Shown here in pieces: positions 1 to 11,047 of a stretch of 64,000 nt of DNA; the stretch's first letter is position 1, and each line of letters begins with the position of its first letter. Source of the stretch: an uncultured Candidatus Rokubacteria bacterium. GTDB lineage: Bacteria; Methylomirabilota; Methylomirabilia; Rokubacteriales; CSP1-6. A model generated the notes under the pieces. It was not told the origin of the DNA and searched no databases. It saw only the letters and a list, made by a program, of their open reading frames with translations. The stretch spans positions 192,001 to 256,000 of the forward strand of contig CAVVEU010000014.1 in assembly GCA_963747235.1 (NCBI GenBank), written 5' to 3'. Position numbers and translations under genes: made by a program.

Positions 1-525
1 CGCGGCCACGCTCGACATGTTGATGATCGCGCCGCGATTCTTGCGGGCCATCAGGCGCAGGGCCTCGCGCGTGCAGAAGAAGGTGCCGTTGAGGTGCACG
101 CCGATCATCCGGTGCCAGGCCTCGTCGGACATGTCCTGGGTGAGGTCCCAGTGGGTGGTCACCGGCCCGCCCCCCATGAGCTCGCCATGCGCGCCTCCGA
201 CCGCGCGCGGATCTTCTCCCGATCGCCCGGCGCCCCTTCCGCGATCCCCGCGTTGTTGACCAGGATGTCGAGCGCGCCGAACTCGCGGTCCACCTCCGCG
301 AACATCCGCTTCACCTGCCCCGAGTCGGCCACGTCGGCGGCGAGCGCGCGCCCCCGCGCCGCCTCGCTCCCCGACGCGATCGCGTCCACCGTCTGCCTGC
401 GCCGTCTCCTGCTTGACGTCGTTGACGATCACCCGCGCCCCTTCCTGGGCGAAGCGCAGCGCGATGGCCCGGCCGATGCCGGAGCCGGCGCCTGTCACCA
501 GGGCCACTCGATCCTTGAGGCGCAT
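1..525 (-). CDS. Short-chain dehydrogenase/reductase (FabG-like), 3' end outside the window, frameshifted near 400
   Basis: ATG at 525 reads [22 protein letters not shown] (TGxxxGxG); a later frame gives ILVNNAGI; AGGAGGAG SD upstream. Confidence 0.85.
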   Translation of the reverse strand, partial: MRLKDRVALVTGAGSGIGRAIALRFAQEGARVIVNDVKQETAQADGGRDRVGERGGAGARARRRRGRLGAGEADVRGGGPRVRRARHPGQQRGDRGRGAGRSGEDPRAVGGAHGELMGGGPVTTHWDLTQDMSDEAWHRMIGVHLNGTFFCTREALRLMARKNRGAIINMSSVAA

Positions 526-613
526 GCGCTGTCTCCTCCTTCGTGGGTTTCGCGTCGTCGGGAACGGCTGAACGCTACGTCGCCCGATGCACCGAGTCAA
601 GGCGCGTCTCGGG

Positions 614-646
614 CCCCTCACCCTGCCCTCTCCCCAGGGGACAGGG
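614..646 (+). repeat. REP-like palindromic element, copy
   Basis: CCCCTCACCCTGCCCTCTCCCCAGGGGACAGGG, matching the window-wide consensus. Confidence 0.85.
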
Positions 647-730
647 AGTAATTTTCACTGCCGCGCAGCGTCACCCGGGACGGCTCTTATTCTTGCCGGA
701 GGGCGGCGGGGGCCATGCTAAACCGAGACT

Positions 731-1504
731 ATGCTGACCGATCACGAGACGCGACGGGAACACGACGAGCACGATGAGCGCGAGCTGCCGCTCGAGGGCC
801 TGAGCCCTCGCGAGCGCGACGCGCAGATGAAATTCCCCGTCCTCGAGGAGCCCGCGTGGCTCGACGACGAAGTCGACGACGAGATGGAAGAGCCGTCGGA
901 CTCGCCGTTCCGGGGCATGTGGATCGGGATCGCGGCCGCCGCGGTCACCTTCGTGCTGGTCTTCGCGATCCCGCAATGGCTCGGCTGGTACGACATCGGC
1001 CCGCCGCCTCAGGCCAAGCGCGAGGCGAGCCCGGAAGCGATCATCTCCACCGTGACCGCGAAGCCCTCGGGCGCCGCCGTCGTCGAGACGGGGCCGCCGG
1101 CGGTCGCGGCGGTCGCGACGCCGCCCGCCACGGCGCCGCCGGTCAGCCTCCCGAAGGCCCCGGTCACGAGAGAGCCGATCACGAAGGAGACGAAGCCCAC
1201 ACCGCCCCCCGTTACACCCGCGGTGGTGAAGGAGACCAGGCCCGCGCCGCCCGTCCGTGCCAGCCCGCCTCGCGAGGAAACCAGGCGGACGTTCACGGTC
1301 CAGATCGCGGCCTTCAAGAACGCCAAGCAGGCCGGTCAGCTCGCCGACCGCGTGAAGAAGGACGGCTATCCCGCCGACGTGCGGCGCATCGAGGCGTCCG
1401 CGGTGCCCTACGTGGTGCGGATCGGCGGCTACGCCTCGCGCGAGCAGGCCGAGTCGGCCCGCGAGGCCCTGGCCCGCAAGGGGTTCAAGGGCTTCATCCT
1501 GTAG
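731..1504 (+). CDS. SPOR-domain membrane protein (DedD/FtsN-like architecture)
   Basis: Acidic N-terminus, one TM helix, Pro/Thr-rich linker, C-terminal FTVQIAAF...YVVRIGGYASREQA SPOR motif. Confidence 0.85.
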   Translation: MLTDHETRREHDEHDERELPLEGLSPRERDAQMKFPVLEEPAWLDDEVDDEMEEPSDSPFRGMWIGIAAAAVTFVLVFAIPQWLGWYDIGPPPQAKREASPEAIISTVTAKPSGAAVVETGPPAVAAVATPPATAPPVSLPKAPVTREPITKETKPTPPPVTPAVVKETRPAPPVRASPPREETRRTFTVQIAAFKNAKQAGQLADRVKKDGYPADVRRIEASAVPYVVRIGGYASREQAESAREALARKGFKGFIL

Positions 1505-2853
1505 TCGGCCACCGGCTCTCGATGGTGAGCCCGGCGCGCCGCACCTGCTCGCGCGCCAGCACCTCCACCCGCTCGTAGATCGCGCGCTCGTCCACCGTGG
1601 TGATGCGGCCCTCGTCGAGCACGAGGCGGCCGTCGATCATCACGCTCCGCACGCTCGATCCGGTCGCCGCGTAGACCAGGTTGTTCAGCGGGTTCAAGAG
1701 CGGCCGCCACTCCGGCTGATCGCGGTCGTAGAGGACCAGGTCGGCGCGCTTGCCGACCTCGATCGAGCCGATGCGGCGCTCCATCAGGAGCGACGCGGCC
1801 CCGTGGATCGTCGCCATCTCCAGCACCGTCTCGGGCGGCATCACGGTCACGTCGAGACGCGCGTCCTTGTAGATGTTGGCCACGAGGTACATCATCCGCA
1901 GCATGTCGAAGTGATTCGACCCGTTGCCGCTGTCGCCGCCGAGCGAGACGCACACGCCCCCCGCCAGCATCTCGGGCACGCGCGCGTGCGCGGCCAGCCC
2001 CTTGGTGTGCTTGAGCCCGGCGGTGGGGCAGTGGCTGATCTTCACCCCGCGCCGCGCGAGCAACTCGATGTCGGCCTCGTCGAGGTACACCATGTGCGAG
2101 AGCTTCGCGTTCGGCGCGAGCACGCCCCAGTCGTCCAGGGTGGCCAGCGGCAGGCGGTCCCGCGTCTTCCGCGAGGGATGCGAGGCCAGGTGCATCATCC
2201 CCCACCCGACCCCGTGGCGATCGGCCAGGGCCTTGGCCCCGCGGATCAATTCCTCCGAGCAGGTGCCGAAGCCCAGCAGCAGCGGCCACGCGGACACGAG
2301 CCCGGCCGCGGCCATTCACCTCTCGAGCATCGCCTCGTTCGCGCGCAGGGCCTCCCGCGGTGGTCTGGCGCATCCGCGAAGGCCCCGACTCGAGATCCCA
2401 GGTCCAGCGCCCGAGGATCGCCCGCATGCCGAGACGCTCCATCGCCCCCGCCACCGCGACCGGCTCGAAGAGCGTGCCCGCCTCGCAGAAGGTGGTCGTG
2501 CCGGTGCGGATCATCTCGATGCCGGCCAGGAGCGCGGCGTGCTCCTCGTCCTCCGCGGTCATGACCGAGTAGAGCGGGATCAGCCAGTCGGGCAGGTAGC
2601 GGTCCACCGGGATGTCGTCGAGGAGCAGGCCGCGGTTGAGATGCTCGGAGAGGTGCACGTGGGTGTCCACGAAGCCGGGCGTCACCACCATCCGGCGCGC
2701 GTCGATCACCCGGTCCGGCAGCCGCGGCGGGCGCACGTCTCGCGCGGGCCCGACCTGGACGATCTCGGCCCCGTCGATCAGCACGGAGCCGTCGGTGAGG
2801 ATCCGCCGCCCGGCATCCACCGTGATGATGGTGCCGTGCTCGACCAGGATCAC
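1494..2853 (-). CDS. Amidohydrolase/deaminase (MTA/SAH-deaminase, AtzA-like), frameshifted near 2310-2360
   Basis: PGFVDTHVH metal motif, EMIRTGTTT, SHCP, GGD, GSIEVGKRADL, split over two frames. Confidence 0.85.
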
Positions 2854-3701
2854 GAGCGGCGGGCGATCACCCGGTGCTGCTGGGTCCCGAGGCCGTCGAT
2901 CCCCATCGCCACCACGTCGCCGTCGTCGAGGTAGCGCGGCGGCCGGGCCCCGTGGCCCACCCCGGCGGGCGTGCCGGTGGAGAGCAGATCGCCCGGCTGG
3001 AGCGACATGAAGCGGCTCACGTAGGACACGAGCTGGCGCACCGGGAAGACCATGTCCCGGGTGCTGCCCTGCTGGCGCCGCTCGCCGTTGACGGTGGTCC
3101 ACAGCCCGAGCGCCTGCGGATCGGCGATCTCGTCCGCGGTGACCAGCCAGGGCCCGATCGGCGCGAAGGTGTCGCAGCTCTTGCCCTTGGTGGTCCCGCC
3201 CCCGTGCTCCATCTGGAACTCGCGCTCGGAGACGTCGTTCATCAGGCAGTAGGCGGCCACGTAGCGCAGCGCGCTGCCTTCCTCGACGTGGAGCGCGGCG
3301 CGGCCGATCACCGCCACCAGCTCGACCTCGTAGTCGAGCTTCACCGCGCCGCGGGGCCGCGTGATCGGACGTCAGCCCGGCCCGCTGATCGCGCTGTTGG
3401 CCTTGATGAAGATCGTGGGCTCCTTCGGGAGCGCCATCTTCACCTCTTCCGCGTGATCGGTGTAGTTGAGGCCGATGCAGACGATCTTGCCGATGCCGGC
3501 CAGCGGGCAGCCGAGCCGGGGCTTCCCCTTGACCGCGGGCATGAGCGACGGCTTCGCGGTACGCAGGCGCTTGAGCCCGGCGGGCGTGAGCGTCTCGGGC
3601 GTGATGTCCCGGATGATCCGAGAGAGATCTCGCAGTCTCCCCTCCGCGTCGATCAACCCCGGCTTCTCGGCGCCGGCCCGGCCGTACCGTACGAGCTTCA
3701 T
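2850..3701 (-). CDS. Fumarylacetoacetate hydrolase family protein, interrupted near 3372
   Basis: KIVCIGLNY...EPTIFIK, DYEVEL, NDVSER, GKSCDTFAPIGP, GDLLSTGTPAGVG. Confidence 0.9.
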
Positions 3702-3709
3702 GGCGCGCC

Positions 3710-3925
3710 TCAGTGGGCCGCCAGGCCGGGGACCGACATCACCAGGTGCAGGTAGCCGCCGAGCTCGTTGATCTTCCGCATGTCCCGGGCCACGAAGGCG
3801 GCGCGCTCGGCGTCGGTGAGGTCGAGCCCGACCAGGGCCGCGCGCGCGTCGGCCTCGAAGCGCGCCCGGAACTCCTGGTCCTTCTTGAGCCGGTAGAGCA
3901 GGCTGTTGACCGCGTAGCGGCTCAC
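3710..3925 (-). CDS. LigA-like small subunit of extradiol ring-cleavage dioxygenase
   Basis: 71 aa VSRYAVNSLLYRLKKDQEFRARFEAD...LTDAERAAF; overlaps the stop of the LigB-like gene. Confidence 0.75.
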   Translation of the reverse strand: MSRYAVNSLLYRLKKDQEFRARFEADARAALVGLDLTDAERAAFVARDMRKINELGGYLHLVMSVPGLAAH

Positions 3926-4770
3926 GAGAGGCTCCACTCGACGGCGGCCAGGTTGATCCGCGGCAGCTCGCCGAAGTAGCGCACCTGGGCGCGCGCCGGC
4001 GTCACCGCGCCCAGCAGCACCATCCAGTTCAGGAACTCGTGCTCGCCCGTCTTGTGCAGCTCGTCGACCCCGAGATTGCGCAGCGGCTCGTGCTCGCCGG
4101 CCTCCATCCAGTGGATCAGCTTGCGGTCGAAGACGGTGTCGGTCTCGCCGACCCGCGGCAGCGACAGCTCCGGGAAGTGGGAGAGCCCGCCGGTGGCGAT
4201 GATGCCCACCTTCCACGGCCCCTCCGCCACCACGCGCGCGATGTGCCGGCCGAAGTCGAAGCAGCGCTTCGGGCGTGGGCTGCGGCGCCACGAAGCGAGT
4301 TCACCCAGATCGGCACCAGCGGCGGGATCGGCCGCGTGCCGTGCATGGTGTTCACCGGGCTCAGGAAGGCGTGGTCCACCGGCGCCTCCCAGGACATGGC
4401 CAGGTCGAAGCCCGCGTCGATGCCCCTTCGCGAGAATCTGGTTGGCCAGGTCCTCGTGCAGCGGGTACTCCTCCGGCATGTGGTCGAGCACCGCGTCGAA
4501 GGCCTCGGCGTGGTCCTGCTTCATCCGCTGCACGGTGCGGCCGATGCGCACGCAGAGCGCGGGCACCGCGTTGAACGAGAAGGCGTTCAGGTGGTCGTCG
4601 GCCACCACGATGAGCGCGTCGGGCCGGGTCGCGGTGAACCGCTCGCCCATGCGGGCGATCTCGGTCATGCACTCGACGGTCTTCCGTCGCCCCTCGTCGC
4701 CGCAGGCGCGCTGGTAGTAGTCGGGATCGAGCACGTGCGACATGGCGCCGGCGAAGACGATCTTGCCCAT
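3922..4770 (-). CDS. LigB-like class III extradiol dioxygenase, frameshifted
   Basis: AMSH, VADDH, VDHAF, ATGGLSHFP and HEFLNW motifs. Confidence 0.85.
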   Translation of the reverse strand: MGKIVFAGAMSHVLDPDYYQRACGDEGRRKTVECMTEIARMGERFTATRPDALIVVADDHLNAFSFNAVPALCVRIGRTVQRMKQDHAEAFDAVLDHMPEEYPLHEDLANQILAKGHRRGLRPGHVLGGAGGPRLPEPGEHHARHAADPAAGADLGELASWRRSPRPKRCFDFGRHIARVVAEGPWKVGIIATGGLSHFPELSLPRVGETDTVFDRKLIHWMEAGEHEPLRNLGVDELHKTGEHEFLNWMVLLGAVTPARAQVRYFGELPRINLAAVEWSLS

Positions 4771-4895
4771 GAGGGCCTCCTTGGAGAGCGGTCCGTCGCG
4801 GATCGTAGCGGAAGGGCCGATCGGACGCAAGGCGCGCGCGTCTTGCGGCCCCGATGCGGTGCGACTAGACTGAAGCCCCCGGGAGGGACATCGAC

Positions 4896-5400
4896 ATGGC
4901 CCAGGCACTCGACGAGCTGCTCCTCTACCCACGTGGCCCGCTTCACCGACCGCCGCGCCGACTGGGACGCCTTCGCCGACGCGCGCGTGGAGGGCTTCAA
5001 GCGCGCGCAGCATCGCTTCATCGGCTCCGGCGCCTCCGGCAAGGCCGACGCCGCGGTCATCCCGGCCCAGCACTTCACGCTCTCCGTGATGTTCATCCCG
5101 CCCGGCCAGGGCAATGCCCCGCACACCCACGAGGTCGAGGAGGTCTTCTTCATCCTCGAGGGCAAGATGCTGGTCTTCATCGAGGACGGCGCCGGCAACC
5201 GCGCCGAGACGGTCCTGGGCCCGTGGGACTGCGTCTCCTGCCCGGCCAATGTCATCCACGGCTTCACCAACGTGGGGCTCGAGCCCGCGTACCTCCAGGT
5301 GATGCTCGGCAAGGCCAAGCCCGAGCTGATGACCTATACCGACGGCGATCTGCAGTCCCGCCGCGACGAGCACCTCCGCGCCGCGGGCTCCCGCGGCTAG
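4896..5400 (+). CDS. Cupin-domain protein, frameshift near 4925
   Basis: GNAPHTHEVEEVFFILEG...CPANVIHGF cupin motifs; GGAGG SD before ATG 4896. Confidence 0.85.
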
Positions 5401-5422
5401 CGCTCCCGGTCCCCGCTCCCAC

Positions 5423-7750
5423 GTGCTTGTCGGCGCCTCACCGAAGCGGAAGGAAGACGGCCGCTTCGTCGCGGGCCGCGGCCGCTACCTCGACGACGTG
5501 CGCGTGCCGGGCCTGCTCCACGTGGCCCTGGTGCGGAGCCCCCACGCCCACGCCCGCGTGGTGTCGGTGGACGCGCGCGCCGCCCGCGCGCTGGCCGGCG
5601 TGGCCGCGGTGTGGACGCTCGCCGATCTGCCCGAGCTGGCCGCCGCGAACGTGCCGCCGCTCGTGCCGGAGCCGAAGAGCCGCCCGTACGTGCATCCGAT
5701 CATGGCGGGCGCGCGGGCGCGCCACGTGGGCGAGATCGTCGCGGTCGTGGTCGCGGACGATCCCTACGTCGCCGCCGACGGCGCCGAGCGCGTCGCGGTG
5801 GCCTACGAGCCCCTGCCCGCCGCGGTGTCGCCGGAGGCGGCCGCCGCGCCCGGCGCTCCGCGCGTCAACGAGGCGTGGCCCGACAACCTGGTCTCGGTGA
5901 CCACCAGCGCCAAGGGCAATCCCGAGGGCGCGATGGCCACCGCGGAGGTCGTGGTGGCCGCGCGCCTGGCCTATCCGCGCGTGGCCGGGATGCCGCTCGA
6001 GACGCGCGGCGTGCTGGCCGCGCCCGATCCGATCGGCGGCGGCCTCACGGTGTGGACCTCGACCCAGGTGCCCTTCGCGGTACGCAGCGGCATCGCGCCG
6101 GTGGTGGGCCTGCAGGAGGAGCGCATCCGCGTCATCGTGCCCGACGTGGGCGGCGGCTTCGGGGTGAAGGGCCACGTCTATCCCGAGGAGATCCTGGTGC
6201 CCGTGGTCGCCCGGCGCCTCGGACGCCCGGTGAAATGGGCCGAGACGCGCAGCGAGCACTGCCTCACCGCCGCGGGGGATCGCGACCAGGTCCACGAGGC
6301 GCGCATCGGGCTCGGGCGCGACGGTCGCATCGTGGCCATCGACACCGCGTTCACCCGCGACCACGGCGCCTCGCCCATGCTCGGCGAGGCCATCACGCTC
6401 AACACCATCAATCACCTGCCCGGCCCGTACCGCGTGCCGAACTACCGCGGGGTCGGCCGGAACATTCTCACCCACAAGACCTTCGCCGCCGCCTATCGCG
6501 GCGCCGGCCGGCCCGAGGCCGCCTTCGTGCTCGACCGGCTGCTGGATCGCGCGGCGCGACGCATCGGCATGGACCCCGCCGAGCTGCGCCGGCGCAACCT
6601 GATCCGCGCCGACGAGATGCCGAGCCCGACCGGCCTCACCTACCGCGACGGCGCGCCGATCACCTACGACCCGGCCGACTATCCGGCGGCCTTCGAGCGG
6701 CTCCTCCTGGCACTCGACTACACCGGCTGGCGGGCCGAGCAGGCGAAGCGGCGCGGGAGCAACCGGCCCATCGGCTTGGGTCTCTGCGCCTACGTCGAAG
6801 GCACCGGCATCGGCCCCTTCGAGGGCGCGGACATCCGCGTGGATCCGGACGGCACCGTGTTCGTGCACCTGGGCGTCTGCGCGCAGGGCCAGGGGCACGA
6901 GACGACGCTGGCCCAGATCGCGGCCGACGAGCTGGCGGTGCCGCTCGAGTCGGTCGTGGTGGTGGGCGGCGACACCAACCTGGTCGGCTACGGCATGGGC
7001 ACGATCGCGAGCCGCGTGGCCGCGGTGAGCGGCCCCGCGGTGCAGCGCACCGCCGCGCAGGTCGCCCACAAGGCGCGCCTGGTCGGCGCCGAGCTCTTCG
7101 AGTGCGCGCCCGAGGACGTCGTGCTCGCCGAGGGCCGCGTGCACGTGAAGGGCGTGCCCGACAGGAGCGTGAGCCTGGGCCAGGTGGCCCGCGCCGCGGT
7201 GCGGAGCCGCGCGGTGGCGGACGCGGGAGGCCCCGGGCTCAGCGCCTGCGCCTTCTTCTATCCCGACACGGTCACGTGGGCCTTCGGCGTGCAGGGCGTC
7301 GTCGCCGAGGTGGATCTGGAGGCCTGCAGCATCCGGCTGCTCAAGCTGGCCGCCATGCACGACTGCGGGCGGCCCATCAACCCGGTGATCGTCGAAGGCC
7401 AGCTCCACGGCGGCATCGCCCAGGGCCTCGGCAGCGCGCTGGGCGAGTCGCTGATCTACGACGACACGGGCCAGCTCCTCACCGGCACGCTGATGGATTA
7501 TCCATTGCCGCGCGCCGACGAGATGCCGCCGCTCGAGGTCATCCACATGGACTTCCCCTCCGCGATCAACGCCCTCGGCATCAAGGGCGTGGGCGAGAGC
7601 GGCGTCATCTCCCCCGCCGCCGCGGTGGCCAACGCGGTGGAGGACGCGCTCGCCGACTACGGCATCGAGATCGACCGTCCCCCGGTCACCGCGGCGCGCG
7701 TGTTCGAGCTGCTGCGTGCCAGCGGCCGCTGGCCTGGGCGGCGATCATGA
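5423..7750 (+). CDS. Xanthine dehydrogenase/CoxL-like molybdopterin-binding large subunit
   Basis: RSPHAHA, VGGGFGVKG, AYRGAGRPE, GQGHET, EGQLHGG, KGVGE. Confidence 0.92.
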   Translation: MLVGASPKRKEDGRFVAGRGRYLDDVRVPGLLHVALVRSPHAHARVVSVDARAARALAGVAAVWTLADLPELAAANVPPLVPEPKSRPYVHPIMAGARARHVGEIVAVVVADDPYVAADGAERVAVAYEPLPAAVSPEAAAAPGAPRVNEAWPDNLVSVTTSAKGNPEGAMATAEVVVAARLAYPRVAGMPLETRGVLAAPDPIGGGLTVWTSTQVPFAVRSGIAPVVGLQEERIRVIVPDVGGGFGVKGHVYPEEILVPVVARRLGRPVKWAETRSEHCLTAAGDRDQVHEARIGLGRDGRIVAIDTAFTRDHGASPMLGEAITLNTINHLPGPYRVPNYRGVGRNILTHKTFAAAYRGAGRPEAAFVLDRLLDRAARRIGMDPAELRRRNLIRADEMPSPTGLTYRDGAPITYDPADYPAAFERLLLALDYTGWRAEQAKRRGSNRPIGLGLCAYVEGTGIGPFEGADIRVDPDGTVFVHLGVCAQGQGHETTLAQIAADELAVPLESVVVVGGDTNLVGYGMGTIASRVAAVSGPAVQRTAAQVAHKARLVGAELFECAPEDVVLAEGRVHVKGVPDRSVSLGQVARAAVRSRAVADAGGPGLSACAFFYPDTVTWAFGVQGVVAEVDLEACSIRLLKLAAMHDCGRPINPVIVEGQLHGGIAQGLGSALGESLIYDDTGQLLTGTLMDYPLPRADEMPPLEVIHMDFPSAINALGIKGVGESGVISPAAAVANAVEDALADYGIEIDRPPVTAARVFELLRASGRWPGRRS

Positions 7751-7751
7751 A

Positions 7752-7787
7752 CCCCTCACCCCGGCCCTCTCCCCTGAGGGGAGAGGG
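7752..7787 (+). repeat. REP-like palindromic element, copy
   Basis: CCCCTCACCCCGGCCCTCTCCCCTGAGGGGAGAGGG, 1 nt after the stop codon. Confidence 0.9.
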
Positions 7788-7805
7788 TGATATGGAGGTC
7801 CTCCC

Positions 7806-8673
7806 ATGATCGAGCGCCGGCCGTTCGGACGCACCGGGCATCAGAGCACCGCCACGATCTTCGGCGCCGCCGCGCTGGCGCGCGTCACCCAGGACGAGGC
7901 CGATCGGGCGCTGGAGGTGCTGCTCGCCCACGGGGTGAACCACATCGACACCGCCGCGCGCTACGGCGACTCCGAGCTGCGCATCGGGCCGTGGATGGCC
8001 CGGCACCGGAAGGACTTCTTCCTGGCCACCAAGACCGGCTCGCGCGGGGCGCGCGCCGCCCGCGAGGATCTCCAGCGCTCGCTCGAGCGCCTGCGCGTGG
8101 ACTCACGTGGATCTCATCCAGATCCACTCGCTCGGCCATCCCGACGACTGGGACCAGGTGATGGGCCCGGACGGCGCGCTCGAGGCGCTGGTGGAAGCCC
8201 GGGCGCAGGGGCTCACGCGCGCCATCGGCGTCACCGGCCACGGCTGGAGCATCCCGGCCATGCACCGCCGGAGCCTCGCGCGCTTCGACTTCGACTCGAT
8301 CCTGCTGCCCTACAACTTCTTCATGGTCCAGAACGATCGCTACCGCGAGGCCTTCGGCGAGGTCATCGCCATCTGCCGGGAGCGCAACGTGGCCGTCCAG
8401 ACCATCAAGGGCATCGCGCGCGGCCCCTGGGCCACCGCCGACCGGAGCCACGCCACGTGGTACCAGCCGCTCGAGCGGCAGGAGGACATCGATCGGGCCG
8501 TCCACTGGGTGCTGGGCCGGCCCGACGTCTTCCTCAACACCGCGGGCGACCTCGCCCTGCTGCCGCGCGTGCTCGACGCGGCCGCCCGCTTCACGCGCCG
8601 CCCTCCGGACGAGGAGATGTCGGCCATGCACGACGCGACGCGGATGTCCTCGCTCTTCGGCCTGCCCACGTGA
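7806..8673 (+). CDS. Aldo/keto reductase, frameshift near 8105
   Basis: [37 protein letters not shown]. Confidence 0.88.
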
Positions 8674-8708
8674 CCGCGGGCCGGGCCCGGTAGCCGGCGC
8701 CCCCGGCG

Positions 8709-9912
8709 GTGGAGAGCTGGGAGCGCAATGTCTGGGCCCTGGCCCTCGTCGTCTTCATCGCGTTCGTCGGCTTCCAGTTCTTCTCGCCCTTCCTGCCGCT
8801 CTACGTGATCGAGCTGGGCGTCACCGAGCCCACGCGCGTCGCCCTCTGGTCCGGCGCGCTGACCGCGGTGACCCCGGCGGTCTCGGGCCTGCTCGGCCCG
8901 CTCTGGGGCCGCTTCGCCGACCGGGTGGGCCGCAAGATGATGATGATCCGCTCGCTCGCCGGCTTCGTGATCATCGTGGCCGCGATGGGCCTCGTGACCT
9001 CGGTCACCCAGCTCATGATCCTGCGCGTGCTCCAGGGCGTCATCGCCGGCTTCTCCGTCTTCGCCATGGCCCTGGCGAGCGTGTCGTGCCCGAAGGACAA
9101 GGTGCCGGTGGCCATCGGGCGCGTGCAGGGCGCGCAGCTCCTGAGCGTGGCGATCGGGCCGGCCGCGGGCGGCTACGTGGCCTCCCACTTCGGCCTGCGC
9201 TACGCCTTCTTCGTCACCGCGGGGATGTGCGCGATCGCCCTCGTCGGGCTGATCTTCCTCTTCGACGAGGGCCGGCCGCGCGCCGCCGACGGGGCCGCGG
9301 CGTCCACCCGCGAGAGCAGCTTCACGCTGCGCGACGTGCTGGGCCTGCGCGGGTTTCCGCTCGTGCTCGGCCTGCTCTTCATCAGCCAGTTCATCGACCG
9401 CGGGTTGTCCCTCCTCGTGCCCCTGAAAGTTGCGGCCCTGCCCGACGTGACCCGCATCGCGGCCACCTCGGGCGAGATCATCTCGCTCGCCGCCATCTGC
9501 GCCACCGGCTCGGCCCTCGCCGCCGGCCGCCTCGCGCAGCGCTGGCCGCCCGAGCGGCTCTTGCTCGTCGGCCTGCTCGCTGGGCGGCCTGCCCTGCGCG
9601 CTCATGGCCCTGGCGCCCGGCTGGCAGAGCCTCATGCTGCTGCGCTGCCTCACCGGCTTCTGCCTCGGCGGCGCGCTGACCCTGGCCTACTCGCTCGGCG
9701 GCACGCTGGTGCCGGGCGAGCGCCGCGGCGCCGCCTTCGGCTGGCTCGCGCTGAGCGTGCAGGTGGGCACCGCCGCGAGCCCGCTGGTCAGCGGTGGGCT
9801 GGCCGCGCTGAGCCTCTCCGGCGCCTTCATGATGGACGGCGCGCTGGCCTGGCTGGGCGCCGCGGTCTTGCTCATCGGCACGCGCCGCCTCCGCCGCGGC
9901 GCCGCGTCCTAG
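8709..9912 (+). CDS. MFS transporter (DHA1/MdtG-like), frameshift near 9585
   Basis: WGRFADRVGRK motif A, multiple TM helices; C-terminus in ORF 9604-9912. Confidence 0.85.
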
Positions 9913-9944
9913 GTGCTGCGCGCCGCCGCTTGACGAGGCATCCC

Positions 9945-9973
9945 TTGACGACGCGCGCGGGATTGCCTACTGT
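9945..9973 (+). promoter_or_regulatory. sigma70-type promoter of the esterase gene
   Basis: TTGACG-17 nt-TACTGT, then GGAGG SD before ATG 10011. Confidence 0.55.
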
Positions 9974-10010
9974 CGCCGCACCACCTGAATCGCCACCGGG
10001 AGGACACGCC

Positions 10011-10940
10011 ATGCCGCTCGATCCGCAAGCCCAGAAGGTCGTGGACACGGTCGCCGCGCTGAACCTCAAGCCGAACTGGCAATCCACCCCCGACGAGGCG
10101 CGCGAGTCCATGCGCACGCGCACCGCCGGGCTCGGTCCGGTCGAGGACGTGCCCGCCGTCGCGGACCACCGCGTGCCGGTGACCGGCGGCGAGATCACGG
10201 TGCGGGTCTACAGCCCCGCCGGCCACGGGCCGCATCCGGTCCTGGTCTTCTACCACGGCGGCGGCTGGGTGATCGGCGACCTCTACACCCACGACGGCAT
10301 CTGCCGGTCGCTCGTGAACGCGGCGGGCTGCGCGGTGGCCTCGGTGGACTACCGGCTGGCGCCGGAGTTCAAGTACCCGACGCCGGTGGACGACTCCTGG
10401 GCGGGGCTCCAGTGGGTGGCGGCCAACGGCGCGCGCCTCGGGCTCGATCCCGCCCGGATCGCGGTGGGCGGCGACAGCGCGGGCGGCAACCTCGCCGCGG
10501 TGATGGCGCTCCTGGCGCGCGATCGGCGCGGGCCGCGGCTCTCGCTGCAGCTCCTGATCTACCCGGTGACGAACTACGACTTCGATACGCCGTCCTACCG
10601 CGAGAACGCCACCGGGTACCTGCTGACCACCGAGGACATGCGGTGGTTCTGGCGCCACTACCTGGTCCGCGAGGAGCAGGGCCGCGAGCCGAACGCCTCA
10701 CCGCTCCTGGCCAAGAGCCTGGCCGACCTGCCGCCCGCGCTGGTGATCACCGCGGGCTGCGATCCCCTGCGCGACGAGGGCGAAGCCTACGCGAAGCGGC
10801 TGCGCGAGGCGGGCGTGTCGGTGACGACGACGCAGTACCCCGGCATGTTCCACGGCTTCGTGCGGATGACGCGCATCCTCGACCAGTCGCGCGCGCTGCT
10901 GGGCGAGCTGGCGGGGGCGCTGCGGAAGGCGCTCGGGTAG
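10011..10940 (+). CDS. Alpha/beta hydrolase, HSL-family esterase/lipase
   Basis: HGGGW, GDSAGG, DPLRDEG, HGF triad motifs. Confidence 0.93.
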   Translation: MPLDPQAQKVVDTVAALNLKPNWQSTPDEARESMRTRTAGLGPVEDVPAVADHRVPVTGGEITVRVYSPAGHGPHPVLVFYHGGGWVIGDLYTHDGICRSLVNAAGCAVASVDYRLAPEFKYPTPVDDSWAGLQWVAANGARLGLDPARIAVGGDSAGGNLAAVMALLARDRRGPRLSLQLLIYPVTNYDFDTPSYRENATGYLLTTEDMRWFWRHYLVREEQGREPNASPLLAKSLADLPPALVITAGCDPLRDEGEAYAKRLREAGVSVTTTQYPGMFHGFVRMTRILDQSRALLGELAGALRKALG

Positions 10941-10950
10941 ACCTACACCA

Positions 10951-11042
10951 CCCTCACCCTGCCCTCTCCCCTGAGGGGGAGAGGGTTCAGCCACACGCGC
11001 CCGCTCTCCCTCTCCCCGTTGGGGAGAGGGCAGGGTGAGGGG
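10951..11042. repeat. Inverted pair of REP-like elements between convergent genes
   Basis: Copy 10951-10985 (+) and copy 11008-11042 (-). Confidence 0.9.
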
Positions 11043-11047
11043 CGGGT

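Noticed and set aside
3372-3374. In-frame TGA within the FAH-family gene (ISGPG*RPITRPRG), a possible second Sec codon
   Set aside because: The position is not Cys in the family (usually GPxDP), there is one codon too many, and no G-loop SECIS follows; best explained by three inserted bases (GGC tGAC gtCCG) in an error-prone assembly
5423-7750. Aerobic CO dehydrogenase (coxL form I)
   Set aside because: The active-site loop is AYRGAGR, not AYxCSFR, and there are no coxMS or accessory genes
8709-10940. Apparent 743-aa MFS-esterase fusion in the ORF track
   Set aside because: Artefact of a frameshift near 9585; the MFS ends at 9912 and the esterase has its own promoter and SD
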